Origin: Candidatus Hydrogenedentota bacterium
GTDB taxonomy: Bacteria > Hydrogenedentota > Hydrogenedentia > Hydrogenedentales > SLHB01
NCBI GenBank assembly: GCA_963745075.1
Contig: CAVUWV010000027.1
Span: 128,001 to 192,000, forward strand
Reading direction: 5' to 3'
Length of the DNA stretch: 64,000 bases
The notes beneath the pieces were generated by a model. It saw only the letters and a list, made by a program, of their open reading frames with translations. It made no database searches and was not told the DNA's origin. The position numbers and the translations under genes were made by a program. Of the stretch, positions 41,227-50,733 are shown in pieces. Numbering within the stretch: position 1 is the first letter of the stretch; the number at the start of each line of letters is the position of its first letter.

Positions 41227-42636
41227 CTACCACCGCACGACGAACACCCAGTCGCCGGTCCATTCCATTTCGCTGACGTGCTCCGGCGGTGCGCCACCAT
41301 CATCGATGCCGTCAAAATACACCGAATAGATTGCATATCCATCTTCCAAAAGGACATAGCGGAGCGGTTGCCCATCGAAGGGATCAATGGGCACCTCTGG
41401 AATGTATGTGGGAACCAGTCGTTCAAGGTTTTCAGGTAGCTCGTTGTTGTCGGACCAATACCGTTCGACGGCCACCGCAACACGGCCGATTCGTGATACG
41501 GCAGCACCAAGGGCCATGTAATGGATGCCCCAAACCGCATAATGGAGTGGATGTTTCGGCGACTCGATATTTTCGCGCCATCCCGTGCCGTGTTCCATCA
41601 GCTCCGTCACATACGCAACGCGGTCTTCCCAGGGCTTGTCCATGACGCGAATCAGGTCAGCGAAACCGCGGAGTAGGTCCCGATACCGGTGTTGCTGGCG
41701 ATTATGGCGCACGGTGTACTGCGTTACAGGGTCCACATGTTTGAGTACACGTTCTAACGGCGTCAAACCTTCGGATTGCAGGCGCGTCTTAAGGGCCGCC
41801 ACCTGCACGCATCGCTCACCGGCCAGGCAACGCGCCAAAGGTTCCGAATCCTCCGGTTCCGAATAGAAGGTTTCGAGCGCCGCCAACGTTTTGGGATCGA
41901 GGGATGCAAGCCTCGCTGCGTCATTGATGCACAACAATCCGGTTCCCAGAAGCGCGGATCGGCTAATCTGCGACCCGAGGTCCGGTTCCTGCCGGAGCGT
42001 CTTCGCCATGTGAACGATACTTTCCTGGCTTTCCACGAACTCCCACTGGCGACCTGCCACGATGGCGTTTGCTGACCGTACTTCCTGAAGCTTCGCACAC
42101 CGCATCAGCCAGTTGTAATGGGGGAAAGTCTCCAAATCGTACTCGGCAAGATTCACCGGGTATCGCGCGCCCGGCAATGTCGAGGCTTTCGAGAGCAGTG
42201 CGACTACCTCCTTGCACCCATCGAGGAAATCAGTAGCCTCTGCTTGCACTTTCGGTAATGACTCATCATCCGCCCGGGACCATTGGTAGTTGTTGAGAAG
42301 GGCATCGACGGTCTTCCCGTCCGGATCGACCGCGTCCAAGGCCTCAAATGCCCGCTCGTAGATGAGTGCGGCGTTTTTCTCATCCGGTACGGCGCGATAG
42401 TAGGCGTCCAACTCCTCGAGTGTCAGCGGTTGCCCCGCATCACGTACGCGTTGTTCCGCCTTTGCCACGCTCTTGTCAATCGAGTGGACGAGCAATTGAC
42501 CGAGAACGAAATAGACCACGACCCCAACCAGGAATAGGACACCCCCGGCCACCGCGCACCCCGTTCCGCTAAACCACGAGCCGCGGACCTTACCGCGCCA
42601 CTTGCCGGCCCGCTGCAAAATCCCAATGCCTCGCAT
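41227..42636 (-). CDS. Membrane-anchored hypothetical protein, paralog of 42636-44027, with a GspG/pilin-like C-terminal motif
   Basis: N-terminal TM; GQPLTLEELDAYYRAVPDEKNAALIYERAF; C-terminal LERLVPTYIPEVPIDPFDGQPLRY...YSVYFDGIDDGG...GDWVF. ATG 42636 overlaps the upstream TGA. Confidence 0.8.
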   Translation of the reverse strand: MRGIGILQRAGKWRGKVRGSWFSGTGCAVAGGVLFLVGVVVYFVLGQLLVHSIDKSVAKAEQRVRDAGQPLTLEELDAYYRAVPDEKNAALIYERAFEALDAVDPDGKTVDALLNNYQWSRADDESLPKVQAEATDFLDGCKEVVALLSKASTLPGARYPVNLAEYDLETFPHYNWLMRCAKLQEVRSANAIVAGRQWEFVESQESIVHMAKTLRQEPDLGSQISRSALLGTGLLCINDAARLASLDPKTLAALETFYSEPEDSEPLARCLAGERCVQVAALKTRLQSEGLTPLERVLKHVDPVTQYTVRHNRQQHRYRDLLRGFADLIRVMDKPWEDRVAYVTELMEHGTGWRENIESPKHPLHYAVWGIHYMALGAAVSRIGRVAVAVERYWSDNNELPENLERLVPTYIPEVPIDPFDGQPLRYVLLEDGYAIYSVYFDGIDDGGAPPEHVSEMEWTGDWVFVVRW

Positions 42637-44027
42637 CACCGCCGCACCTCGAACACCCAGTCCCCGTGCCACTCGCCGGATTCGTCCTTTTCTGCTTTCA
42701 CGCCTCCGTCGTCCTCTAAATCGGTGTAGACGCTGTAGATCGTATAACCGACCTTGTGACGTTGATACCGCATCGACTCACCGTCGAAGGGATCCAACGT
42801 GGGCGCCGAAAGGTACCGCGGAACAAGTTGGTCGAGGTGTGCGGGCGGGATTCCTTCGACGGACCGGTACCTCTCGATTGCCAATGCCGTGTGTGCCATT
42901 CGCAAGACGGCCGCATCACGCGCGAATGCCCCAACGCCTTTCACAAGCGCTGGAAGCATTGTTCTCGCCATGGGTTTTATGCGTGGAAGGTCCTTTGTTG
43001 ACTCATATATTTGTTCCGAGAGTTTCATTCGTTCAGGCCAGGAAAGGTCTGACGCGTTGGCCAACGGCGTCAGACTATGCAAGACGGCGAGCCGTTCGCC
43101 GGTCGCAATACGTTCCCGTCCTCCCTCGAGAGCGATCCAAACGCTTGCCTTCAACGAGGGCTTGGGAACTTCAGGCCAATCCTCCTCGACATCGCCAAGC
43201 CACATGCGGTAAATCGCGTCCGCCGCGATGCAGCGTTCGCCCACATATGTGCGTACCATCGCCTCCGTGTCTTCGGCGTTACCATATAGATCTGCAAGTC
43301 TTGACAACGTATGGTCGGGCAATTCGGATCGTCTCAGAGCGTCTTCCAAAGCGTCTGCCGCTATACCATGAACTGCAATTCGTACGAGTTGCGAAATGAT
43401 ATAGGGTTCGTATCGCAACGAACGGGTCATAGCGAACGTACATCGCTGGCTATCGGCAAATTCGTCAAACCGGCCATCGCGTACGGCAAGCGCGCCTCGA
43501 AGGGCTTCCAGGCGCGCGCAATTCCGTAATGGGGCCAGGTGCGGTAACTCCATTGAGATACCGCGCGTAAGATCGACCGAATATCGCGATTCCGGGTACT
43601 GCGAGGCACGCTCCAGCAGTCTCAGTACCTCGTCACACGACGACAAATGGGATTCCACTCTTTCCAGAATCGTATCCGGCACGACCTTCGAGGTGCTGTT
43701 CAGTTGTTCGAGCAACTCGGCTGTGGTCGCACCCTCGGGATCGATTGCCTCGAATTGCTCGAATGCCTTTTCGTAGATCAGCGCGGCATTCCGATCATCG
43801 GGCACCGCCGGGTAGTACGCGTCGAGTTCTTCCAGCGTGACCGGCTGGCCCGCGTCGCGGATGCGTTGCTCCACTTTGGTCAGCGCATTCTCAGTCTGGT
43901 TCATGCAGCCCAACAGTGTCAGGCCAGCCAGCAGGGTTCCCGCAAGCGCCAAGCGCCATGCGAGGGGTACGAGGGATCTGCGTCGCCGTGATCTCGTGCA
44001 ACCAGAGACCGCATGGTGAATTCGCAT
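42636..44027 (-). CDS. Exported/possible lipoprotein hypothetical protein, paralog of 41227-42636
   Basis: Hydrophobic stretch ending LLGC (lipobox-like); GQPVTLEELDAYYPAVPDDRNAALIYEKAF; LDQLVPRYLSAPTLDPFDGESMRY...YSVYTDLEDDGG...GDWVF. Confidence 0.8.
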   Translation of the reverse strand: MRIHHAVSGCTRSRRRRSLVPLAWRLALAGTLLAGLTLLGCMNQTENALTKVEQRIRDAGQPVTLEELDAYYPAVPDDRNAALIYEKAFEQFEAIDPEGATTAELLEQLNSTSKVVPDTILERVESHLSSCDEVLRLLERASQYPESRYSVDLTRGISMELPHLAPLRNCARLEALRGALAVRDGRFDEFADSQRCTFAMTRSLRYEPYIISQLVRIAVHGIAADALEDALRRSELPDHTLSRLADLYGNAEDTEAMVRTYVGERCIAADAIYRMWLGDVEEDWPEVPKPSLKASVWIALEGGRERIATGERLAVLHSLTPLANASDLSWPERMKLSEQIYESTKDLPRIKPMARTMLPALVKGVGAFARDAAVLRMAHTALAIERYRSVEGIPPAHLDQLVPRYLSAPTLDPFDGESMRYQRHKVGYTIYSVYTDLEDDGGVKAEKDESGEWHGDWVFEVRR

Positions 44028-44151
44028 CCCCGCCCCCCTTCGGTGATTGCCAGCCGGCGTTCACATCGCCCATGGCGGTGAACCAAGTCCTACAGGCGTA
44101 CACTATCCGCTATCATAGCACGGGAACGTACGGATCGTGTGGCAAGAAGAA

Positions 44152-44235
44152 TGGCGGAGGGTGGGGGACTCGAACCCCCAAGCCCGAAGGCGCCGGTTTT
44201 CAAGACCGGTGGATTACCAATTATCCTAACCCTCC
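44152..44235 (-). tRNA. tRNA-Ser (anticodon UGA)
   Basis: GGAGGGT/ACCCTCC acceptor stem with G discriminator and encoded CCA; anticodon arm CCGGT-CTTGAAA-ACCGG; variable arm GCC-TTCG-GGC; T-arm GGGGG-TTCGAGT-CCCCC. Confidence 0.96.
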
Positions 44236-44428
44236 GAGGGACGCCGTTCCTGAAAAACGGCGTGAACCCGTATTGTACGAGACTGCCGGGCCCGTTTTCA
44301 CCTTGCGCGCGTGTGCCGGGAACGGCCTTCGGCTGAGCGTCCCTGGTGTCGCTGTTGTTCCTATCGTCTCGTTGCCGTCTGGCAATCCCGGCTCGGCGCG
44401 TCGTTTCACAGCCATTGTATGAGGGGGG

Positions 44429-44454
44429 GGTCGGGGAAATCCCCGACCACTTTT
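44429..44454 (+). terminator. Terminator-like hairpin
   Basis: GGTCGGGGA-AA-TCCCCGACC followed by ACTTTT. Confidence 0.5.
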
Positions 44455-44765
44455 ACCGGTCTCCGCCCGATTGTCCACGCGCCCCGACGCGCCTTACCCT
44501 ATTTGCGTGGTACTTAACGTTCTTGGGTTTCCACTGCTGTGGGGCGTCGCCGTGTTACCGTCCCCCTCGGCCTAGGTACTCCACCAACCGATGTAGCCCG
44601 GCGGCGTCCCCTAGTCTTTGCAGCTCATCTTCGCGCGACACGCCCATCTTCAGCATTCCCATCGGTCGCATACGTCCCATACTACCCCTTCCCACAACGC
44701 CGCCGTCTGCGCTACCATAGGAACCAGCGCAGCAAGGCGTTCCCAACGGTGACGAGGGTCTTTCC

Positions 44766-45644
44766 ATGGCTACGAATCCAAGCGAATCACAGCCCCTGCA
44801 ATCCATCGAAGAGTGGGAAGCGTTTGTCGAAGGACGGTATCCGCAACCGGAGCAAGCCTTCACGTCCCAAAAGAATCCCGCCGCTTTTCGGGACTACGAA
44901 AACACCGCCCGCCCGACTGTCCGCGAATTCTACCGTCTCAACCACCGCCACCAGTGTGTCGATTTCGTGCGCGCCAAGCGCGACCAATACCTTGGATTAA
45001 CCAAAGAGAAGATGGGGATCTGGGAAGCCATGGAGTTTCTCAACACCCTCGTCGACGACAGCGATCCCGATACCGATCTCAGCCAAATCGAGCACTTGCT
45101 CCAGACCGCCGAAGCCATCCGGCAGGACGGCCATCCCCGCTGGTTCATCGTGACCGGCCTGATCCACGACCTGGGCAAGATCCTCTGCCTGTGGGGCGAA
45201 CCCCAATGGGCCGTCGTGGGCGACACCTTTCCCGTGGGCTGCGCCTTCTCGGAAAAGATCGTCTTTCCCGAATTCTTTGCCGACAACCCCGACACCAAGA
45301 TCCCCGAGTATTCCACGCCCAACGGCATTTACGAGCCCGGCGCCAGCCTGGACACCATCCATATGTCCTGGGGGCACGACGAGTACATGTACCACGTCTG
45401 CAAAGACTACCTGCCCGAGTCGGCGCTCTACATGATCCGGTATCACTCGTTCTACCCGGCCCATCGTGAAGGCGCCTACACCCACCTCATGAACGACCAC
45501 GACAAAGAGATGTTCCAGTGGGTCCGCGCCTTCAACCCCTACGACCTCTATTCCAAGAGCCCTGTTCGCCCGGACGTGTCTGCGCTGCGTCCCTTCTACG
45601 ACGACCTCATCGGCGAGTTCTTCCCCACGAAGATTTCGTGGTGA
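44766..45644 (+). CDS. miox: myo-Inositol oxygenase
   Basis: [73 protein letters not shown] motifs of the diiron MIOX family. Confidence 0.93.
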   Translation: MATNPSESQPLQSIEEWEAFVEGRYPQPEQAFTSQKNPAAFRDYENTARPTVREFYRLNHRHQCVDFVRAKRDQYLGLTKEKMGIWEAMEFLNTLVDDSDPDTDLSQIEHLLQTAEAIRQDGHPRWFIVTGLIHDLGKILCLWGEPQWAVVGDTFPVGCAFSEKIVFPEFFADNPDTKIPEYSTPNGIYEPGASLDTIHMSWGHDEYMYHVCKDYLPESALYMIRYHSFYPAHREGAYTHLMNDHDKEMFQWVRAFNPYDLYSKSPVRPDVSALRPFYDDLIGEFFPTKISW

Positions 45645-45716
45645 CCGTCCCGCCTATTGATGTTTTCCGGTGACTATGGGATCATCGGGCGATTCAAACA
45701 CCATCGTATTCGTTCG

Positions 45717-45847
45717 CGTACTCGTACTTCGTACTCGACCCCGCGGTGTCGTATGCGGGAGCGGGGTAAACACGTTTGCTTTGATTCTACGCACTTGATC
45801 TGCACCCCGACTCCCGAGTACGAGTACGAGCACGAAGTACGAGTACG
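45717..45847. repeat. MITE-like nested inverted repeat
   Basis: Outer 21-bp arms CGTACTCGTACTTCGTACTCG / CGAGCACGAAGTACGAGTACG (1 mismatch); inner arms GGGAGCGGGGT / ACCCCG(A)CTCCC. Confidence 0.75.
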
Positions 45848-45901
45848 TGAAGTTCCCAACATCCACGGGGCAGTCTATGCTGCTCCAATCGCGAGGTTTC
45901 C

Positions 45902-47089
45902 ATGTGTGACACCGTTGCCATCGTGCGGAAGAAGGCGGTCTTCTTCGCCAAGAATTCGGATCGCGACCCCAACGAGGCGCAAGTGCTCGATTGGCAACCT
46001 GCGCAGGACCACGCCGCCGGATCGAAGGTGAAATGCACCTGGATCGAAATTCCGCAAGTCGAGCACACCCACGCCATCCTCATTAGCCGTCCCTTCTGGA
46101 TGTGGGGCGCAGAAATGGGCGCGAACGAGCACAACGTCGTAATCGGCAACGAAGCGGTGTTCACCAAACAGCCCTACGCCAAGACCGGCCTGACCGGTAT
46201 GGACCTGTTGCGCCTGGCCCTCGAACGGGCCGATTCGGCCGAACGCGCGTGCGAGGTTATCGTCGAATTGCTCGAGACCCACGGCCAAGGCGGCGGATGC
46301 GGATTTGAGAACCGCGATTTCACCTACCACAACAGCTTCATGATCGCCGATCCCAACGGCGCTTATGTTCTGGAAACGGCCGGCAAGTTCCACGAGAAAG
46401 AACGGGTCGAAGGCACCCGCGCAATCTCGAATTGCCTGACCATCGGCGGTTTCGCAGAGAAGCATGGCGAATACTGGAAGACGCGGATCTCGGCCTGCCG
46501 CACGCGCATGGGTCGGATGCACCACCTTTGCAGCAAGACGCTGGGCGCCCAGCACCTCTTCGCTGCACTAAGGGACCACGGCGCCCGTTACTCCAACCCG
46601 TCGTACCGGTGGACCAACGGCAGCATGAGTGCGGCCTGCATGCACGGCGGCGGCATTCTGGCCTCCGCACAGACCACTGGTTCCTGGGTCACCGAAATGA
46701 CACAGGACGGTATCCGTCACTGGGTTACGGCCACCGCCGCGCCCTGCACCGGCATCTTCAAACCCGTTCACTTGGGAGAACCCCTCGACTTGGGTTCCCC
46801 CGTAGACAAGGCCGACGACTCCCTCTGGTGGCGGCACGAACGCTTCCACCGGTCCGTCCTACGCAATCCCGAACCCCTGCGCGATTGCTACGTCCCCGAG
46901 CGCAACGCCTTGGAAGCGAAGTGGGCGGACAGTCCGCCGACACCGGCCGAAGCATTCGCCAAGGGTGATGAACTCCTGACGAAGTGGTCCGATGCCGTCG
47001 CGAAACACGCCGTCGAAGACACCCGCCCCGGCTATGTCCGCCGCTACTGGGAAAAGCGCAACCACTTGGCGGGCTTGACGTTGGTCTGA
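45902..47089 (+). CDS. Secernin-like peptidase (C69 family, Ntn-hydrolase)
   Basis: MCDT N-terminal nucleophile, FAKNSDRDPNEAQ, WMWGAEMGANEH, GMDLLRLALER, HGQGG. Confidence 0.9.
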   Translation: MCDTVAIVRKKAVFFAKNSDRDPNEAQVLDWQPAQDHAAGSKVKCTWIEIPQVEHTHAILISRPFWMWGAEMGANEHNVVIGNEAVFTKQPYAKTGLTGMDLLRLALERADSAERACEVIVELLETHGQGGGCGFENRDFTYHNSFMIADPNGAYVLETAGKFHEKERVEGTRAISNCLTIGGFAEKHGEYWKTRISACRTRMGRMHHLCSKTLGAQHLFAALRDHGARYSNPSYRWTNGSMSAACMHGGGILASAQTTGSWVTEMTQDGIRHWVTATAAPCTGIFKPVHLGEPLDLGSPVDKADDSLWWRHERFHRSVLRNPEPLRDCYVPERNALEAKWADSPPTPAEAFAKGDELLTKWSDAVAKHAVEDTRPGYVRRYWEKRNHLAGLTLV

Positions 47090-47154
47090 GCAAGCCCGCG
47101 ATTCCTTTCCCCGGGCGCGCGAATGTTCGGAGCGCGTCCAGTGTTAGCCTTCAC

Positions 47155-47970
47155 ATGGACCTGATATCCAGACACGCAACACCATTTCCAGCTATTTGGC
47201 GCGTTTTGGCCACGTCGCTCGTCTGCGCACTAATCTCTTCGGGCTCCGCGATGGCCGAACCGCTGGCTGTCGACTGGTCGCATCCTACGTGGGCTACACC
47301 GTCCCAGCCGTTCCAAGGTGAGGCCCGGCTGAAGGTCCCCGCGGATGCGAAGGTGTACCTTTACTACGCGAAACCCGACGGAACCGACGAGCGTATCCCC
47401 TGCAAGTTCGCGGCCGGCGATGGTGGCGCATTCCGATTCACCATTCCCGCACAGAACGACACCAGTGCGGACAAGCTCACATTCTGGTTGGAGGCCAATC
47501 CCCCGAATTCCGCCGTCCAGACCTCAGAACACCAAACCGTTCCCCTGTCCGATGAGGTGGAAATCGAAGTCTCCGGCCATACCGACCAGGAATTGACCTA
47601 CCCGATGAGCGATTGGGATGCGGCCATCCTCTTCCGGCCCTGTTGCCTGATCATTTCCGGCTGGATCCAGGCCGAACGCATTCCCGTCCGGCCCGCACCA
47701 ACGTCCGATGGGCTCCCCTCGACCCTGCTTACACCCTACTTTCGGGTGCATCCGGACCAGTTGGTCAAAGCCACCGGCGGCGTCAACGTGTGCGTGTCGT
47801 ACAAGGACCCGAATTCCGGCGTCGATCCCGGCACGATCCGGCCCTATCACTGGAAGGACGGCCGCTGGTCCCCTGTTTTTGATCCCGTCCTGGACACAAA
47901 GAACCAGAATGTCACATTCCCCTTCCCCACGGGCGGCATTTTCGTGATCGGCGGAAATTCGTCAAAATAG
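47155..47970 (+). CDS. Exported hypothetical protein (beta-rich)
   Basis: Signal peptide ending SAMA; no recognised family; start refined to ATG 47155. Confidence 0.65.
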   Translation: MDLISRHATPFPAIWRVLATSLVCALISSGSAMAEPLAVDWSHPTWATPSQPFQGEARLKVPADAKVYLYYAKPDGTDERIPCKFAAGDGGAFRFTIPAQNDTSADKLTFWLEANPPNSAVQTSEHQTVPLSDEVEIEVSGHTDQELTYPMSDWDAAILFRPCCLIISGWIQAERIPVRPAPTSDGLPSTLLTPYFRVHPDQLVKATGGVNVCVSYKDPNSGVDPGTIRPYHWKDGRWSPVFDPVLDTKNQNVTFPFPTGGIFVIGGNSSK

Positions 47971-47991
47971 CCGCCCTGGGCGGAAATCTCA

Positions 47992-48016
47992 TAAGTGATT
48001 TTATTGAAATCATTTA
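47992..48016. promoter_or_regulatory. AT-rich dyad, candidate protein-binding site
   Basis: TAAGTGATTT-N5-AAATCATTTA (one mismatch) upstream of the MshEN gene. Confidence 0.4.
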
Positions 48017-48122
48017 GGCGTATGCCGGAAATTTTGTTGCGATATCACTGGCAAATTTCCGTCAAAGCTGGTACTATTAGGCGGGACATGTGTCAAGGAT
48101 AAACCTTCGAAAGGGGGCGCTT

Positions 48123-48677
48123 ATGGCCAGTAATTACGCACGGATGACTGAGAATCTGCCAGAAGCCGCCCCCGCCAAGGAACGACCGAGCGGTCCTGCT
48201 TCGTGTCACTCCGAGCCTGGACCAGCCGAACGCAGCCGGAAACTCGGTGAGTGGCTCACGATTGAGGGCCTCATCACGGAGCAACAGTTGGGCGACGCCT
48301 TGGCCTACCAGGCCGAACACGGCGGGAGACTCGGCGAAATCCTCGTCAAAATGGGGATAGTGGATGGCGAGGAGTACGTAGCGTTTCTCGCCCGTGCGGC
48401 CGGGGTCGGAAGCATTCGGCTGCCGAATTACGCGATTCGTTCGGAATACGTGAACCTGGTGCCTCGGGAGATGGCGGCGCGCCATGAACTGGTGCCAGTA
48501 GACCGTTTCGGCGACCAACTGGTACTCGCAATGGTTTGCCCGCTCAACTACAGCGCCGTCAGTGAAGTGGAATCGGTGACCGGACTGGAAGCCCGCACGG
48601 TATTGTGTTCGAGCGACGCGTTCCGGCTCGCGTATGAGCATTTTTACCCGCGCAACGGAAGCACCAAGAATACGTGA
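48123..48677 (+). CDS. Stand-alone MshEN (GspE/PilB N-terminal) domain protein
   Basis: KLGEWLTIEGLITEQQLGDALAYQ...RLGEILVKMG tandem motif, then ARHELVPVDR...LAMVCP; no ATPase domain. Confidence 0.85.
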   Translation: MASNYARMTENLPEAAPAKERPSGPASCHSEPGPAERSRKLGEWLTIEGLITEQQLGDALAYQAEHGGRLGEILVKMGIVDGEEYVAFLARAAGVGSIRLPNYAIRSEYVNLVPREMAARHELVPVDRFGDQLVLAMVCPLNYSAVSEVESVTGLEARTVLCSSDAFRLAYEHFYPRNGSTKNT

Positions 48678-49098
48678 CACGGCTGCCTATGCTGTCGGCT
48701 GGCCGTGACCGGCCGGTGGCTTAACCTCACATGGTGGCGCCAGTCTTTGGGAAGAGTCTGGCGCCAGCCCTTGTCTCCCGCACGAGCCTGTTGAAAATTC
48801 CCGCCGAATTGTGCGATAGTTACGGCCACACTGTTCGCTCGTAAGCTATTGTAATGCAAGTTTGCCCCCCGCTTTACCCCGCAGGTGTGTCGTATACATC
48901 TGCGCGCAGGGCTTACGATACGAGAGGGACGCGATATTTCGGCCGAACCGCGTGGTTTGGCCGCAAATTCTGGTAGCAGCTCAATCCTCCAAGATGACGT
49001 CCCCAGCGTCCGATCCGCGCGGGGGTCGTGTTGGGATTGCGGCTCGCGAGAGAAACGGGGGAGAACGGCCGCTCAGGGGGCCACGGAGAGATTAAACC

Positions 49099-50679
49099 AT
49101 GCCAAAGATACTCGTGCTGGACAACCTTAGTCCGGAAGGCGTCGACGTGTTTCGCGAGGCAGACTTCGAAGTTGACGTGAAACCACCGCAGAACCCCGAG
49201 GAACTCGCAGCGATCGTCGGCGACTACGACGGGCTCGTCGTCCGCAGTGCAACGAAAGTGACTGATGTCGCGCTGGAAAACGCGGGCACCTTGAAAGTTA
49301 TCGGCCGAGCCGGCGCAGGAACCGATAACATCGACAAGGCCGCCGCGACCAAACGGGGCATCGTGGTGATGAATGTGCCCGGTGGTAACACCATTTCCAC
49401 CTGCGAGCATACCTTCGCCCTCTTGTTTGCCCTGTGCCGAAACGTGCCGCAGGCCCACACCTCCATGATGGAAGGGCGTTGGGACCGCAAGCTGTTTGGG
49501 GGTACCGAAGTCAACGGCAAGACGCTGGGAATCGTGGGTGCGGGCCGCATCGGCGGGGCCGTGGCCAAGCGTGCACAGGCCTTCGGGATGAATGTGCTCG
49601 TCTACGATCCCATCCTGACCAAACTCAAGGCCGAAGCGCTGGGCGTCGAACTGGCAACTCTCGACGAAATCATCGAACGCGCCGACTTCATCACGATTCA
49701 TGCTCCCAAAACGGATAAGACCGCGAACATGATTCGTGCCGAGCACTTCAAACGCATGAAGCCGACCTGCCGCATCGTGAATTGCGCCCGCGGCGGGTTG
49801 GTGAACGAAGAAGATCTGGCCCAAGCGCTCAAGGACAAGGTGATCGCCGGAGCAGCCTTGGATGTGTATACCTCCGAGCCGCTCGCGAAGAATCCGTTCC
49901 TGGGGCTCGACAACGTCGTGACGACCCCCCACCTGGCAGCGTCGACCGACGAGGCACAATTGACCGTCGCCGTCGACGTGGCGAAGCAGATGGTCGAGTA
50001 CCTGACGACCGGTGCGATCGTGAACGCGGTGAACGTCCCGAGTCTCGATGCCGAAACGCGCAAACAGCTTCAGCCGCTGCTTCTGTTGGCGGAGCGGCTG
50101 GGCCGGTTCATGTCGCAGTATATGGAAGGACGCCCCAAAGGGCTGGAAATCACCTACGACGGCGAACTGCCCATTACGGATACCTATCCCATCACCGCCG
50201 CCATTCTCACGGGATTCCTGGAGCCGCTCGTGGAAACGGTGAACGTGGTGAGCGCGCCGCACCTCTTGAAAGAGTACGGCATTGATTTCAGCGAAAAACG
50301 CAGCGCGCAACCCCACGACTATGCGTTCCAGATTCGCGTTTCCGCCGCTACGGATTCGGAAACCCACGAAGTGGCCGGCACGCTGTTCAACAATCAGGAA
50401 CCCCGAATTTGCAGCATTGACGGCACCCGCGTCGACGTCGAACTCGTGACGAAGATGGTCGTGTGTCTCAATGAAGACAAGCCGATGGTATTGGGGCGCG
50501 TGGCGACAACCATCGGCGAAGCGGGCGTGAACATCGCCAACCTGGCCTTGGGCCGGGAGACCGAGGGAGGTCGCGCCACCGCGGTGATTAATATCGATGG
50601 GCCGATGGATGATGCCGTAATCGATCGCATTCGCGCGATCCCGCACGTCCTCAGCGCCCGTATGGTTGAAGTTTCGTGA
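49099..50679 (+). CDS. serA: D-3-phosphoglycerate dehydrogenase (ASB + ACT domains)
   Basis: VRSATKV, RAGAGTDNID, GAGRIG, NCARGG, TPHLAAST, C-terminal ACT domain. Confidence 0.96.
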   Translation: MPKILVLDNLSPEGVDVFREADFEVDVKPPQNPEELAAIVGDYDGLVVRSATKVTDVALENAGTLKVIGRAGAGTDNIDKAAATKRGIVVMNVPGGNTISTCEHTFALLFALCRNVPQAHTSMMEGRWDRKLFGGTEVNGKTLGIVGAGRIGGAVAKRAQAFGMNVLVYDPILTKLKAEALGVELATLDEIIERADFITIHAPKTDKTANMIRAEHFKRMKPTCRIVNCARGGLVNEEDLAQALKDKVIAGAALDVYTSEPLAKNPFLGLDNVVTTPHLAASTDEAQLTVAVDVAKQMVEYLTTGAIVNAVNVPSLDAETRKQLQPLLLLAERLGRFMSQYMEGRPKGLEITYDGELPITDTYPITAAILTGFLEPLVETVNVVSAPHLLKEYGIDFSEKRSAQPHDYAFQIRVSAATDSETHEVAGTLFNNQEPRICSIDGTRVDVELVTKMVVCLNEDKPMVLGRVATTIGEAGVNIANLALGRETEGGRATAVINIDGPMDDAVIDRIRAIPHVLSARMVEVS

Positions 50680-50733
50680 ATACTTCCGTAGTAGAACCAA
50701 TGGGGAAAGAAACCAGTCGCGCAGAGGGGAATC

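Noticed and set aside
38880..44152. Prophage or integrative element at tRNA-Ser
   Set aside because: No integrase, no phage structural genes, and I found no duplicated tRNA 3' end; only an islet-like character is supported.
44152..44235. Selenocysteine or suppressor tRNA
   Set aside because: The anticodon is UGA, which reads Ser UCA codons; tRNA-Sec has a UCA anticodon and a longer acceptor stem.
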